From assembly GCA_024137785.1 (NCBI GenBank), contig JAHRHZ010000048.1:5975618-6039617 (forward strand): a stretch of DNA of 64,000 nucleotides. Direction: 5' to 3'. Source of the DNA: Ginglymostoma cirratum. Its lineage: Eukaryota. Every line of letters begins with the position of its first letter. Within the stretch, counting starts at the first letter, position 1. Shown in pieces: positions 26,084 through 38,562 of the stretch. The translations under genes were made by a program, and so were the position numbers. The notes under the pieces are model-generated. The model was given only the letters and a program-made list of their open reading frames with translations, was not told the DNA's origin and did no database searches.

Positions 26084-26267
26084 GGCCCCGACACAATAGG
26101 GGCAGCGGCTCTGAGCGCAGACACCGGCCGCTTCGCAATCACTTCTCACCTGCCGTGCTGACAGCCGTCACCTGCAGACAAATTATTTTCATATAGATAT
26201 ATTTATACATATACACGTGTGTGCGTGCGTGTGTGTAAAACAAAATAGCTAAATACCAACCTCAACG

Positions 26268-26305
26268 ATGACCCGAAAGTGCATCTGTGAGATTTGTAAC
26301 TGTGG
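26268..26305 (+). CDS. SAXO2: SAXO (FAM154) family gene, first coding exon
   Basis: ATG...TGT GG|gtaagt = MTRKCICEICNCG, the Cys-rich SAXO N-terminus; symbol assigned from the head-to-head arrangement with EFL1. Confidence 0.9.
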
Positions 26306-26344
26306 GTAAGTTGAAAAGCTAACAGGTCTTCATTTCAAAGGATT

Positions 26345-26732
26345 ATTTTATATCAGGAGCTTGTTGGTTCAAGACGCAGTGCTCCACGTACATTGTCGAG
26401 ATTGGCATTACAGCACTAAGAGAGTGCTGCACTGTCAGGAGTGCTGTCTTCCTGCTCGGATCCTAAATCCTCCCAGAAGAAACGAAAAATCCCACTGCGC
26501 TATTGCAGGAGAGCAGAAGGGCCGAGTCCTCCCCGGTGTCCCCTGACTTCACTTTCTCGGTCGACAACCCCGAAGCAGCTTGGCCGTTGTCTCAATGCTG
26601 CTTACTCTGTGCAAATTGATTGCCCATTTCCTAGCCGACAACAGTTCCTAACAATTCCAAAGTACTTCATTGGCTTGAAAACCCTTTGGTACACCCCAAG
26701 GTCGAGAAAGGTGTTTTACAATTGCAATTCTT
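26345..26732 (+). mobile_element. Deu-domain SINE (SacSINE1/AmnSINE1-like); related remnants at ~150-890 (-), 7555-7685 and 33500-33580
   Basis: gagagtgctgcactgtcaggagtgctgtctt, aaaatcccactgcgctatt and tail aaagtacttcattggct...ctttgg; matched from recalled consensus. Confidence 0.6.
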
Positions 26733-27914
26733 TCGGAACTGAACTTGAAATCCGTTGTCAGACGGATTACTGATTTCGGGTTGAGCCGTCTATTAATTAC
26801 CTTAGCGTTGCATTCTATCTATTACTGTAAGCTATTTAATCCTTTCTCCTCAAAACTATCGCATTCAGGAGGCATTCTGCTTGAGGCACGTTCCAAGAAA
26901 AACAAGATAAAATTTAGACCTGTACAATTCGTTGAAATTGATACTGGCTGACCAGTAATAATTTTTATCCTGGATGAAGCTTAGTTTAGGGCCACAATTG
27001 TTTTGCACCTTTAAGCCCATCGAATTTTATAACAATCATGTTATGATCAAATTAAATAACTGCTACATTCATACAATGTTGAAGTGTCCCAAAAACCAAG
27101 TTCAGCCGCTGTGTCCAGAGATGTATAGGTTAGGTGGATTAGCTATGGGGTTAAAAACCCCATGTGGGGACGGGATGGAGCCGGGTGGGATGGTCTTCAG
27201 AGAGGCGGTGCAGACTCGATGGACGGAACGCCTTATATCTGCGCTGTAGGGATTCATTTTTTCAATATGTGTCCCACACAAATTGCAATGCAGTTAGTGT
27301 ACATATTGCAAACATAATTAGTGGAAGCGCTGGCTGTGCCCTAGCACAACAATCTGTATCTATAAGTTAAAAGAAAACGTAATGTGCTAGAGAGGTATTA
27401 CTGTTGTTTCGACCAGACTGATTTTACGGCTTTTGACTACAATAGAAATAACTGCAGAGGTAAATTTCTGTCGATGCCTGCATTGCATTGTATTTGCTCC
27501 TTACCTTCACAATTATAACTATTTTATATTTAACCCTTTGCAACAATTGATATTCTTTCTCTTGGTGTATTGTCCTGGAATTAATTGAAAATTCTGTACC
27601 GCATTGAGTACAAGGCTATATGTTGTTATAAAAATGTGCATCTCCTCTGACACGACGAGGTGCGCTGTTTACAAAGACAGAAGCATTGCAGAATGTATTG
27701 TTCCGCTACTCAATGCATTTGTCCCTCATGAAGGCATTCTAACGTTTTAACCAGGAAACAATACGTCCCCCGGGTGTTCCAGAATCAGTCAATTTTTTTT
27801 TGTTTTTCTGTAACCTGACAAGTGAATGTAAATTTCTGGCCCCTTTGCGAGAACAACATAAAAAGCAGGAAATAGTTTATACATTATTCTGAAGTTGAAA
27901 TAATTCTGACACTG

Positions 27915-29320
27915 AGCTTTGACAAGTTGCTACATCAAAGGTTGTTGCAGAAAATAAAAGCTCAAGGTGTAAGGGTAACATATTAAGATGGACTAAAGAT
28001 TAGGTAAAAACTGAAAGAATTGCGGATGCTGTAAATCAGGAACAAAAATAAAGTTGCTGGAAATGTTCAGCAGGTCTGGCAGCATCTGTGAAGGAAAAAA
28101 GAGTTAACGTTTCGGGTCTGGTGACCCATCCTCAGAACTTCTGATCGGGGTCTAGGCCGGAAACGTCAAGCTTTCCGGCTCCTATGATGCTGCTTGGCCT
28201 GCTGTGTTCATCCGGCTCCACACCTTGTTATCTCGGATTCTCCAGCATCTGCAGTTCCTATTATCTCTGAACTTTTCCAGCAACTTTGGTTTTGTTGTGG
28301 ACTAAAGATTGGTTGGTTGGCAGAAAACAGAATGTGCATAAATTAGTCTTTAATTGACATTTTAAGTGGACTGTCACAGGGGATTGTGCTGGGGCCTCAA
28401 CGTTGTACAATTTACATCAATGATGTAGCATGGTCTCAAACAGCACAAAGATAGGTAGGAAAGTATGTTGTGAAAAAGTCAAGGAGTTTGCAGATGAATA
28501 TAGATAGGTTCAGTGAGTGGACAAAAATCTGGCAGAAGAAATGTAATGTGGGAAAATGTGAAGTTGTTGAAGTGGACAGAGTATCACTTAACTAGAGAAA
28601 GACTGCTGAAATCTGATGTACAGAGGGATTTAGGTGTTCTAAAAGTCACTAAAAGTTGACATGCAGGTACAGCACATAATCAGAAAGGCTAATGACGTGG
28701 TCTCATTTATTTTGAGAGGAATTGAACATAAATGTAGGAATGTTATGTTTCAAATATACAAGGGCATCAGTGAGAGCACACCTTAAATATTGTATGCAGT
28801 TGTGGTCTCTTTGTTTGAGGAAGGATGTAATCACATTGGACGCAGTTCAGATGAAGTTTATTAGATTGAAACCCAGAATGAAGAGTTTTCTCATGAGGAA
28901 GGATTGGACAGAAATAACTTGTTTCCACTGTAGTTTAAAAGTGTGAGGAGTGATTCAGTTGAAGTGTATAAGATCTTGAATTGTCTTGACAAAGTGGATG
29001 TGGGAAGGATGTTTCCTCTTGTGTGTCAGTCCAGAACTAGGGAACATTGCTTTGAAATTAGGGGTTGCCCTTTTAAACAGATATGAGGACTTTTTTTCCC
29101 TCAAAGGGTTGTGCCACTTTGGATCTCCCTGTCTCAGAACATGGTAGAAGCAGGGTCATTGAATATTCATAAAGCAAAGGTAGATAGATTTGTTAGGCAA
29201 AGCAATCAAAGGTTATCAGAGCTAGATGGGAATGTGGAATTCAAAACACAAAAAGATAAATCATGATCTTATAGAAGGGTAGATTATGGCCCAAGGGGCC
29301 AAAAGATCTACTTCTGCTTG
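27915..29320 (+). mobile_element. Degenerate CR1 LINE RT and 3' end (host of the composite mini-element)
   Basis: FDKLLH-like start, VRAHLKYCMQLWS, CR1-type 3'UTR. Confidence 0.85.
28002..28297. mobile_element. Composite Penelope mini-element (family B inverted arm, family A forward copy, family B tail); intact hammerhead at 28102-28139 (-)
   Basis: Minus strand AGTT-CTGAGGA-T-GGGTC acca GACCC-GAAAC-GTT-AACT; TSD tggactaaagatt at 27989-28001 and 28298-28310. Confidence 0.85.
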
Positions 29321-31309
29321 TATTTTGAAAGGGTGTGTGTTTATGTGATCTGACATAAACTCAAAATCAAACACCACTTATTAAGCTTATCAGTGACTAA
29401 TAGACAACTGCGCCCATCAATCTGCTGACTGTGACATTTTGTGCATCCTGCCCCTTCTATTGATGATAACATTTTCACATTAGCTTTGACTATATTTTCT
29501 TACTTCCTTTCCCAATCTTCCCTAAATTTCTGCTTCTCATTTCACTTTAAATAAAAACTTCTATAAGAATAGGCACATTATTGATTGTCAATAGTTTAAA
29601 ATATACTTCAGAAAAACACATAGGTTTTTGAGACAGGTCTTTAGCACACAATGGGGTTTGGGAAGGGTGTTGGGGAATGTGATGAAGGAATTTCAATTGT
29701 GGAATGGACTCATGCCGAGACCTTTCTGTCTCATGAGACAATAGTTTGTGCCTTGGTGGTTGACTATGTGTTAAGCAAGGTCAATTGTGGTTGACAAAGC
29801 TCCACTCTGGTATGACAGTCTCTACGGCGTTTGTTGCAGATGAAGATAGAGAACCAAGAAGATGTAGGATTTTTTAGTGTCTCTTTACTCGGACCCTCTT
29901 CTTAGGTGGCTGGGTTTCAATTTTGCCTCGGCTCTTCTAGACAGGCAAGTTTAGAGATCACAACATTGGCAATTGTCTTCAGTTTTCTGTGTCAAAGACC
30001 ATATTGAAGTATAGCAACTTGTGACCAGTGGTTGGTTCACCATGCAGGAGGTTTAGAGCCAATCTGCCGTAGACTCTGCTGGCTTAGCAATGCTGGAATG
30101 AACATACTCCAAGTTGGTGACTTTATCCTGTCAAGAGATGTCAAAGGTATGGCTAAGGAAGAAAAGCTTTAAACTGTTAAACCTTTTCCATCTGCTTGGC
30201 ACATGATGTTTTGGTTACACTGCTATAGGGTAGGAAACGAAGGACACAAGCTTTATAGAGCCATCACTTGGTTAGAAACATATTTTAGAAGAACTGAAAA
30301 ACCCAGTTCCAAAAAAGAATCATTGGACTGAAAATCTTAATTCTGCCTGTCTGTCTCTCTCCACAGATGCTGACAGACCTGCTGAGTTTCTCCAGTACTC
30401 TGTTTTTATTTCAGCATGTTGGAATAAAATTGCTGAAAAGTATTTCTGATTTAAATGTAGTTGATAATATATTGAAGTCTGGTAGCTTTGTGCAGTTTTA
30501 TTAATACAACTGAAAAGGGAGTTTATGAAAATAATCAGTGTCTAGACCAAGGCCTATAATTAGACTGTTTCAGTTAGCTGAAAATGATTTTCTAAAATCC
30601 TGCACAGAACCATTTCTGAGTTTTTGTGCATTCAATAGACAGTTTCATCGAAAAAGTTAAAAGAAGTTTGAAGCCTTCTAAAACCTGCCTATTACTGGTC
30701 CTGAACCAAAAGTAAAGGTTATTTTTAAAATCCTCTCCTTGAAGGATTGTAATAGGCACAGTTAGTGGAAATTCAATATGATGATTAATTTAATCTGGAA
30801 CATGGTAGTTTTGTGTGTGAAGTGGATATCTAGCACAATGAATTTGAACAATGTAATTAGCCCTTGAATATTTATTTAAGTTTGGTGCTAGTGTGTCTGA
30901 TTTAAAGTAAATTACATTGAAAACAAAACTCAAGCCAATAGGAACACACAACATTTATTCCATTAGCCTCAAGCAAATCATTTAAAAGATTTCATTTCAA
31001 TAGTGACAAATGAAGTAATTAGACACGGTACAAGAAATGTCTCGATTGTTCCCAAAATTTAACCAATGAGAAAAGTATTTATCTGGCACTAAATTGAAAG
31101 CATTGTTCATTGTGTGTTGTTGGAACTGTGTTAAGCTGCAACAACATTAGAGCCAGGGTAAGATAGTTCCAGCTACAATGCACTGAGTTGCACTTGCCAA
31201 AATCAGAGCAGGCATGGCAGCCCATATGCATAAATATACAACAGTAATGTCACAGGAAACTGATGAGTACGTTTAGATTATGCAGTGTTAAGATTGCTGA
31301 GAATGAGCG

Positions 31310-32600
31310 CAAGAACATATGAATTAGGTGCAGGAGTAAACAATTCAGACACTTAAGCCTGTTCCATCATTCAATACAATCATGGCTGATTTCATCTAAG
31401 CCTTAATTCTACTTTCCTTCCCTCTCCCTTTAACCTTTTACTAATTAAAAATCAACTATCTCCTCTGTAAATTTATTCAATGCCCTGGCATCTACCACAC
31501 CATGGGAGAGTGAATTCCACAGATTCACAACATTTTGAGAGAAGTAATTTCCCTTCACCTCTGTTTTAAATCTGCTACACCTTATTCCAAAACTATGACC
31601 TCTCATTCTGGATTACTCTACATGAAGAAACATCCTTTCTATTTTGTCAATCCCCCTTTAATATCTTATGATGGATGAGATATAGTATATAAGGTATATG
31701 ATACATAGTCATAGAGATGTTCAGCACGGAAACAGATCCTTTGGTCCAACTCATCCACATCGACCAGATATCCTAAACTGACTTAGTCCTATTTGCTGGT
31801 GTTTTACCCATATCCCTCTAAACCCTTCCTATTCATATACCCATCCAGGTTCCTTTTAAATGTTGTAATTTTACCAGCCTCCATCACTTCCTCTGGCACC
31901 TCATTCTATACATGGACCATCCTCTGCGTGAAAAAGTTGCACCTTATGTACCTTTTAAATCTTTCTCCTCCCATCTTAAAAATATGGCCTCTAGTTTTGA
32001 ACTCCCCTACCTAGGGAAAAAGACCTTGGCTATTCACCCTCTCTGTGCCCCTCATGATTTTGTAAACATCCATAAGGTTACCCTTCAGCCCCTGACACTC
32101 CAGAGAAAATAGCTCCAGCTTATTCAGCCTCTCCCTATTGCTCAAACCCTCCAACCCCGGCAGCATCCTTGTAAATCTTTTCTGAACCCTTTCAAGTTTA
32201 ACAACATCTTTCCTATAGCAAGGAGACCAGAATCAAATGCAGTATTCCAAAAGTGGCCTAACCACTGTCCTGCACAGACGTAACATGACCTTCCAACTTC
32301 TATACTCAATGCACTGACCAAGAAGGCAAGCAGATCAAATATCTTCTTCACTACCCTGTCTGCCTGTAACTCCACTTTCAAGGAACTACAAACCTGCACT
32401 CCAAGGTCTCTTTCTTTGGGAACAGTCCCCAAGACCTTACCATTAAGTCTATAAGTCCTGCCCTGATTTGCTCTACCAGAATGTAGCACCCCACATTTAT
32501 CTCGATTAAACTCCATCTGCCACTCCTCAGCCCATCTGATCAAGGTCCCGTTGTACTCTGAGGGAACCTTCTTTGCTGTCCATTGCACCACAAATTTGTA
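31310..32600 (-). mobile_element. Two adjacent CR1 3' fragments (31310-31660 and 31700-32600)
   Basis: WAEEWQMEFNRDKCGVLH, ERDLGVQV; catagtcatagag tail. Confidence 0.85.
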
Positions 32601-34694
32601 AATGTTTCTTTTGTCCTTCAGCAAATGTTTATTTTGTCCTTCATTTTAAGCTGTGTTCATGTGTAAAATCAAAATCACTGCTACAATTTGTTTCAATACT
32701 GCATATCTTTATGACAAGTTAAAGGTGTTGGTTGGTCTTTGGATAGCCGTAATGTATAGTTTATAGTATTTTACTTCAAATGGGTTTTATAATGCTTATT
32801 TCATTTTTCTAATTTGTACCTAAAATTTTGCACCTAAGATGGTGTTGGAAATAGTGACTTTGTACACTTTTTGCTGTACTTATATATCCCTGTATTTGAA
32901 TACATGTGACAATAAATCTAATTCTGATTCTAAATAAACTAGTGTGCCTTTTGGCAGTTATGGAATGCAGTTATGTTAATATCAGTCTTGACTCTGTGGT
33001 GAAATTCTTATCTCTGAATATCTTGATACATAATGAAGCCATGTGGCAATTTTATTCACAGAAACAGTTAGAACTGATGGTGAGACTTCAGTTCTTCCAG
33101 AAGGTGTCGCTATGAAAGTTGAGGGCTAAAGGAGCTTAACAACAAAGGGCTGGACCAATGTCCTAGACGGCTGAAGTCATCCCTCTAACCAGGCCACCTT
33201 GACCCGTAGTCACTCTGTTACTGCCTCAGAGAGGTGGCAGACCCAAATCTTGCTCACCCACTTCTCTCAGAGCTGGAAATTTTGTGGAAATGGGAGGAAG
33301 TGACAGGTTTGGGATCACAAAGTTGGGGATTCGCCAGACTAGCAGTTCCTAAATTACATTGGAAGATCTGTCCATTAGGTCAGATGAAAGTAGGGTGTGA
33401 GGAGGCTCATTTAGAGCAAGTTACAGTTCTCGAATCTTAACTGAGTACAGAAAATATATTGTGGCCACAGATGAAAAAATAATATTAATCATGTAACCTT
33501 GATGCCATAATAGTTTTGTATTAATTTGACTGTGAAATGTTTTGAAGCATCCTGAATCTGTGAAGGTACTATATAAAAACAAGTTATTTGTTACTATAAA
33601 TAGCAGAGAATAGAGGTTTTTGGGGAAGGAATAAGAACAAATAACTTCATAGCCATTGATAGTTAACAATACAAAATTTGAGTATTGCTGCAAAAACTAT
33701 ACATTTTGTTGAGGTTTTTCATCCTGCAAGACAATTTATAAGAAATAACACCTTTGCTAAATAATCTTAAAAGTACAAAGAATTATGCTGACAACCATCT
33801 TAGGACTGCGCAGTTCACTGTCAGTCATCATTAATTTGTGCATTCTCTCCGTGCCAACTCTGTTACTGATCAGAGTCTACTTGGCAAACAATCAGCACTC
33901 TCCCCTCTCAAAAATTATAAATATTGCTTTTCCTTTACTTTAGTATTTCTTGCAAATTGTCTTGATGACTGCAAGATGAAGAACTTCAACAAAATTTGTC
34001 TTTTCTTCTGCAATACTTGAACAAAATGATTGCAGCTTGAACCAATTTTATGAGGTTGAAGGGAACTGGTACTTCAATTATTATATCTGTGAATCCCTAT
34101 ATCTTTTGATATCAATCGCACATCTATAATTTTATCTTGACAGCTGTGTGATATCTTGTTACAGTAACTTAGCTGTATTGGTGTGAGAAGCAAACTGCTG
34201 TTCTATTTGAGATGCAGTGAAACTCTAGAAAACAAGGGAGTTATACTCCAGCCTGAATCACCCTGCTGAGGAAGTTATTTTATAGTTTAGTTGATACAAA
34301 AGTTTTAAAGTTTGTGTTAACTGTGGAATTCTGGTTTGTGTTCATTTACAGTTAAAATAGAACAACAGATGTTGGATTGCAGTAATTCTAGTGTCAGATT
34401 CAGATATTGTAAAGCTTGATTGAGATGCTTAGGTGGTTTATGAATGTAATATGAACCCTAAGATAGAATTACTGCCCTTAATTCATCTCCTGATATTTGG
34501 ACCAGTGTAGTATATGTATAATTTACTCATTTGATTTTCCTCACATATATTTTTAAGAGTAGACAGATATGATACTATTAAGGTAATGAACAATTGATAA
34601 AACTGCAGACAGGCAGGTTAGGCAGTTTTTCAGAACAGGCCCAATATTGATTGAAATCAGGCACAGAACCCTGAAGCACTTAATGATTTGATTC

Positions 34695-35902
34695 CATAAG
34701 ACCATAAGACATAGGAGTGGAAGTAAGGCCATTCGGCCCATCGAGTCCACTCCGCCATTTAATCATGGCTGATGGGCATTTCAACTCCACTTACCCACAC
34801 TCTCCCCGTAGCCCTTGATTCCTTGCAAGATCAAGAATTTATCAATCTCTGCCTTGAAGACAGTCAACGTCCCGGCCTCCACTGCGCCCCGTGGCAATGA
34901 ATTCCACAGGCCCACCACTCTCTGGCTGAAGAAATGTCTCCTCATTTCCGTTCTAAATTGACCCCCTCTAATTCTAAGGCTGTGCCCACAGGTCCTAGTA
35001 TCCCCACCTAACGGAAACAACTTCCCAGCGTCCACCCTTTCTAAGCCATGCATTATCTTGTAAGTTTCTATTAGATCTCCCCTCAACCTTCTAAACTCTA
35101 ATGAATACAATCCCAGGATCCTCAGCCGTTCATCGTATCTCCTGGACACGCTCCAGTGCCAGTATGTCCTTCCTGAGGTGTGGGGCCCAAAATTGGACAC
35201 AGTATTCTAAATGGGGCCTAACTAGAGCTTTATAAAGTCTCAGAAGCACATCGCTGCTTTTCTATTCCAACCCTCTTGAGATAAATGACAACATTCCATT
35301 CACTTTCTTAATCACAGACTCAACCTGCAAGTTAACCTTTAGAGAATCCTGTACTAGCACTCCCAGATCCCTTTGTACTTCGGCTTTTGAATTTTCTCAC
35401 CGTTCAGAAAATAGTCCATGCCTGTATTCTTTTTTCCAAGGTGCAAGACCTCGCATTTGCTCACGTTGAATTTCATCAGTCATTTCCTGGACCACTCTCC
35501 TCAACTGTCTAAATCATTCTGCAGCCTCCCCACCTCCTCCGCACTACCTGCCTGTCCACCCAACTTCGTATCGTCAGCAAACTTCACCAGAATGCCCCCA
35601 GTCCCTTCATCCAGATCATCAATATATAAAGTGAACAGCTGCGGCCCCAACACTGAACCCTGAGGGACGCCACTTGTCACCGGTTGCCATTCCGAAAAAG
35701 AGCCTTTTATCCCAACTCTCTGCCTTCTGTCAGACAGCCAATCCTCAATCCATGCCAGTAACTCACCTCGAACACCATGGGCCCTCACCTTACTCAGCAG
35801 CCTCCCGTGAGGCACCTTATCAAAGGCCTTTTGGAAGTCTAGATAGATAACATCCACTGGGTTTCCCTGGTCTAACCTACTTGTTACCTCTTCAAAGAAT
35901 TC
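34695..35902 (-). mobile_element. Young 5'-truncated CR1 LINE (RT plus 3'UTR, internal deletion near 35137)
   Basis: [63 protein letters not shown]. Confidence 0.93.
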
Positions 35903-36302
35903 ACCATACTCCTAATGAATACTAATAAAAATTACTCAGCACAGAACAAAGCATGAAAATAAATACATCCTAGTATCCCATTTATTTAATTTACAATAAA
36001 AGTAAAACACATGAAAGAATTCAATATTGAGCTTTTTAATTAGCATCAGGGGACTATTCGGAGTTGGTATTATCAAACAGACCTAATCAACATTTTTGTA
36101 ACAGCCATCAATAACGATTCCAATGTTAAGTCAGATACTTTAATACTGTTTGAGCAATAGTAGAAATAATGGAAAAAACACGCAGTGAAATTTGGCTTCT
36201 CCAACTGTCTCTCAATAATCTCATTGTTTTATAGCTACCATTTATGCAGGATTTGGATATTTTATTCCAAAGCATCGTACTTGCAGTAAGATGTTATCAT
36301 CA

Positions 36303-36642
36303 CAGAATCCCTATAGTGTGGAAACAGGCCATTCAGCCCAACAAGTCCACACCGATTCTCTGAAGAGTATCCGACCTAGACTCACCCCCTTACCCTATCC
36401 CTGCAGTTCCAATGGCTAATCCACCAAACCTACACATCCCTGGACACTATGGGCAATTTAGCATGGCCAATCCACCTAACCTGCACATCTTTGGACTATG
36501 GGACAAAACCGGACCACATGGCAGAAACCCACATAGACACTGGGAGAATGTGCAAACTCCACACAGACAGTTGCCTGAGAGTGGAATTGAACCCAGGTCC
36601 CTGGCTCTGTGAGGCAGCAGTGTTAACCACTGAGCCACCATG
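36303..36642 (-). mobile_element. HE1-like SINE
   Basis: Full-length reverse copy. Confidence 0.85.
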
Positions 36643-37912
36643 GTAAATTTTAGTCATATCACAAAGTTATTAAAGCATCTCCTGGACAGAGCGCAGAAAG
36701 AAATGTCAGGGATGGGGGAATTACACATCCAAAACAGAACCCTCACAGCTTTCCTTCCATTAAAATTATTGCTAATAAATTGAAGCAGTCTTTGAAATAC
36801 TTATAAAATTCTTACCATTTGGTTTTCATCACTGTGTCTCACCAAGATGATTTTTTTCTCAGCTAAGTGGCTGGAGCAGAAATGTAGTTTCATAACACTG
36901 AAACGTGACAGGTACTGTATACTGTTACTTCAGTTTGAATTACAGCAGCACACTACTACCAAAATAATTTTCCATCTAACTATTTATTTTCATGATAGAT
37001 ATCCCGTAATATTTTAAAATGGTAGGAATTGGTTAAATTTTCATTTAAGATGAATCATGTTACCAAATACCATTATATCCCACATTTTGGCTGAACATTT
37101 ATGAATCTCTTAAATTTGTATTTTCATGGATTGCAATATCATTTCAACTCCTCAATGTGCATTTCATGTTTAAAATCATGATGAGAGAATATAGTCAAAT
37201 AAGTAATGCCCCCTCAGTTACTGTAACAGAGACACCACAGTAAAAATCCAGAAATGATAATGCTTAATAATCTGCTTTATTGAAAATTAACTGATCTTTC
37301 TGAATGTAAATGACACGCTACAAACGCTGCAGACCATAAATCTATTATTCAGATTATCCAGATGTTTATGAGCAGACCCAAGCAATTCATGGCATCACTT
37401 TAGTGCAGTACGTTGGAAGTGGAAACGTGGGTGATATAGTATTTGGATGAGTAAAGAAACCCAGTAATTACAGTGATGTTGAAGCTTAATAAAGATTGAT
37501 CCTTGAATGGTGGAGTAGGCTTGAGGGGCTGAGTGGCCATTTCTTGATTCTTTTCCTTTTTTTTGTAAGTAATCTATTTTCTAATCAACCTGTTCAGAGG
37601 TGTTAATACACATCTCTGGAGCAGGTGGGACTTGAACCTGGGCCTCACAGTACAGGGGTAAGGACACTACTATTGTGCCATAAAACCATTGTTAAGTCAT
37701 TTCTAAAGCTTCATTGCTGTTTTACACTTCAGCGAAGTACTTATTTTTGTGATGTTTGTAGTTAGGCTGTCCAATGTCATTTCTATTATCAATTAAATTT
37801 CAAAATTCAGAAATGATTTTGTCCCAAGGATTCTGGACTGGAGAGGAGATGGTGAATAATGTTATTCCTTATGTGAAATACGTGGCTGCTCTTCTAAACA
37901 GCAGGGATTATT

Positions 37913-38562
37913 CACTCAGAGATAGTAGGAACTGCCGATGATGGAGTCTGAGATAACAAGGTGTAGAGCTGGATGAACACAGCAGGCCAAGCTGTATTAC
38001 CTCCTGTAATACCTTCTTCTGAAGATGGGTCTAGACCCTTCTTCAGAAGAAGGTATTNNNNNNNNNNNNNNNNNNNNNNNNNNNNNNNNNNNNNNNNNNN
38101 NNNNNNNNNNNNNNNNNNNNNNNNNNNNNNNNNNNNNNNNNNNNNNNNNNNNNNNNNNNNNNNNNNNNNNNNNNNNNNNNNNNNNNNNNNNNNNNNNNNN
38201 NNNNNNNNNNNNNNNNNNNNNNNNNNNNNNNNNNNNNNNNNNNNNNNNNNNNNNNNNNNNNNNNNNNNNNNNNNNNNNNNNNNNNNNNNNNNNNNNNNNN
38301 NNNNNNNNNNNNNNNNNNNNNNNNNNNNNNNNNNNNNNNNNNNNNNNNNNNNNNNNNNNNNNNNNNNNNNNNNNNNNNNNNNNNNNNNNNNNNNNNNNNN
38401 NNNNNNNNNNNNNNNNNNNNNNNNNNNNNNNNNNNNNNNNNNNNNNNNNNNNNNNNNAATACCTTCTTCTGAAGAAGGGTCTAGACCCATCTTCAGAAGA
38501 AGGTATTACAGGAGGTAATACAGCTTGGCCTGCTGTGTTCATCCAGCTCTACACCTTGTTAT
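37913..38562. mobile_element. Palindromic family A Penelope mini-element spanning a 400-N assembly gap (38058-38457)
   Basis: Arms are reverse complements; TSD agcagggattatt at 37900-37912 and 38563-38575. Confidence 0.8.

Larger units (their letters stand above)
25740..26175. promoter_or_regulatory. CpG island / bidirectional promoter shared by EFL1 and the SAXO gene
   Basis: The only strongly CpG-dense non-repeat stretch in an otherwise CpG-depleted window; lies between divergent first exons. Confidence 0.85.

Noticed and set aside
25536-26161. Several overlapping ORFs in the CpG island
   Set aside because: Expected from high GC; no recognisable protein and no supporting splice structure
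32790-32935. Possible Rex1/Babar LINE 3' tail
   Set aside because: Only a short tail-like motif (tacatgtgacaataaa) with no coding support
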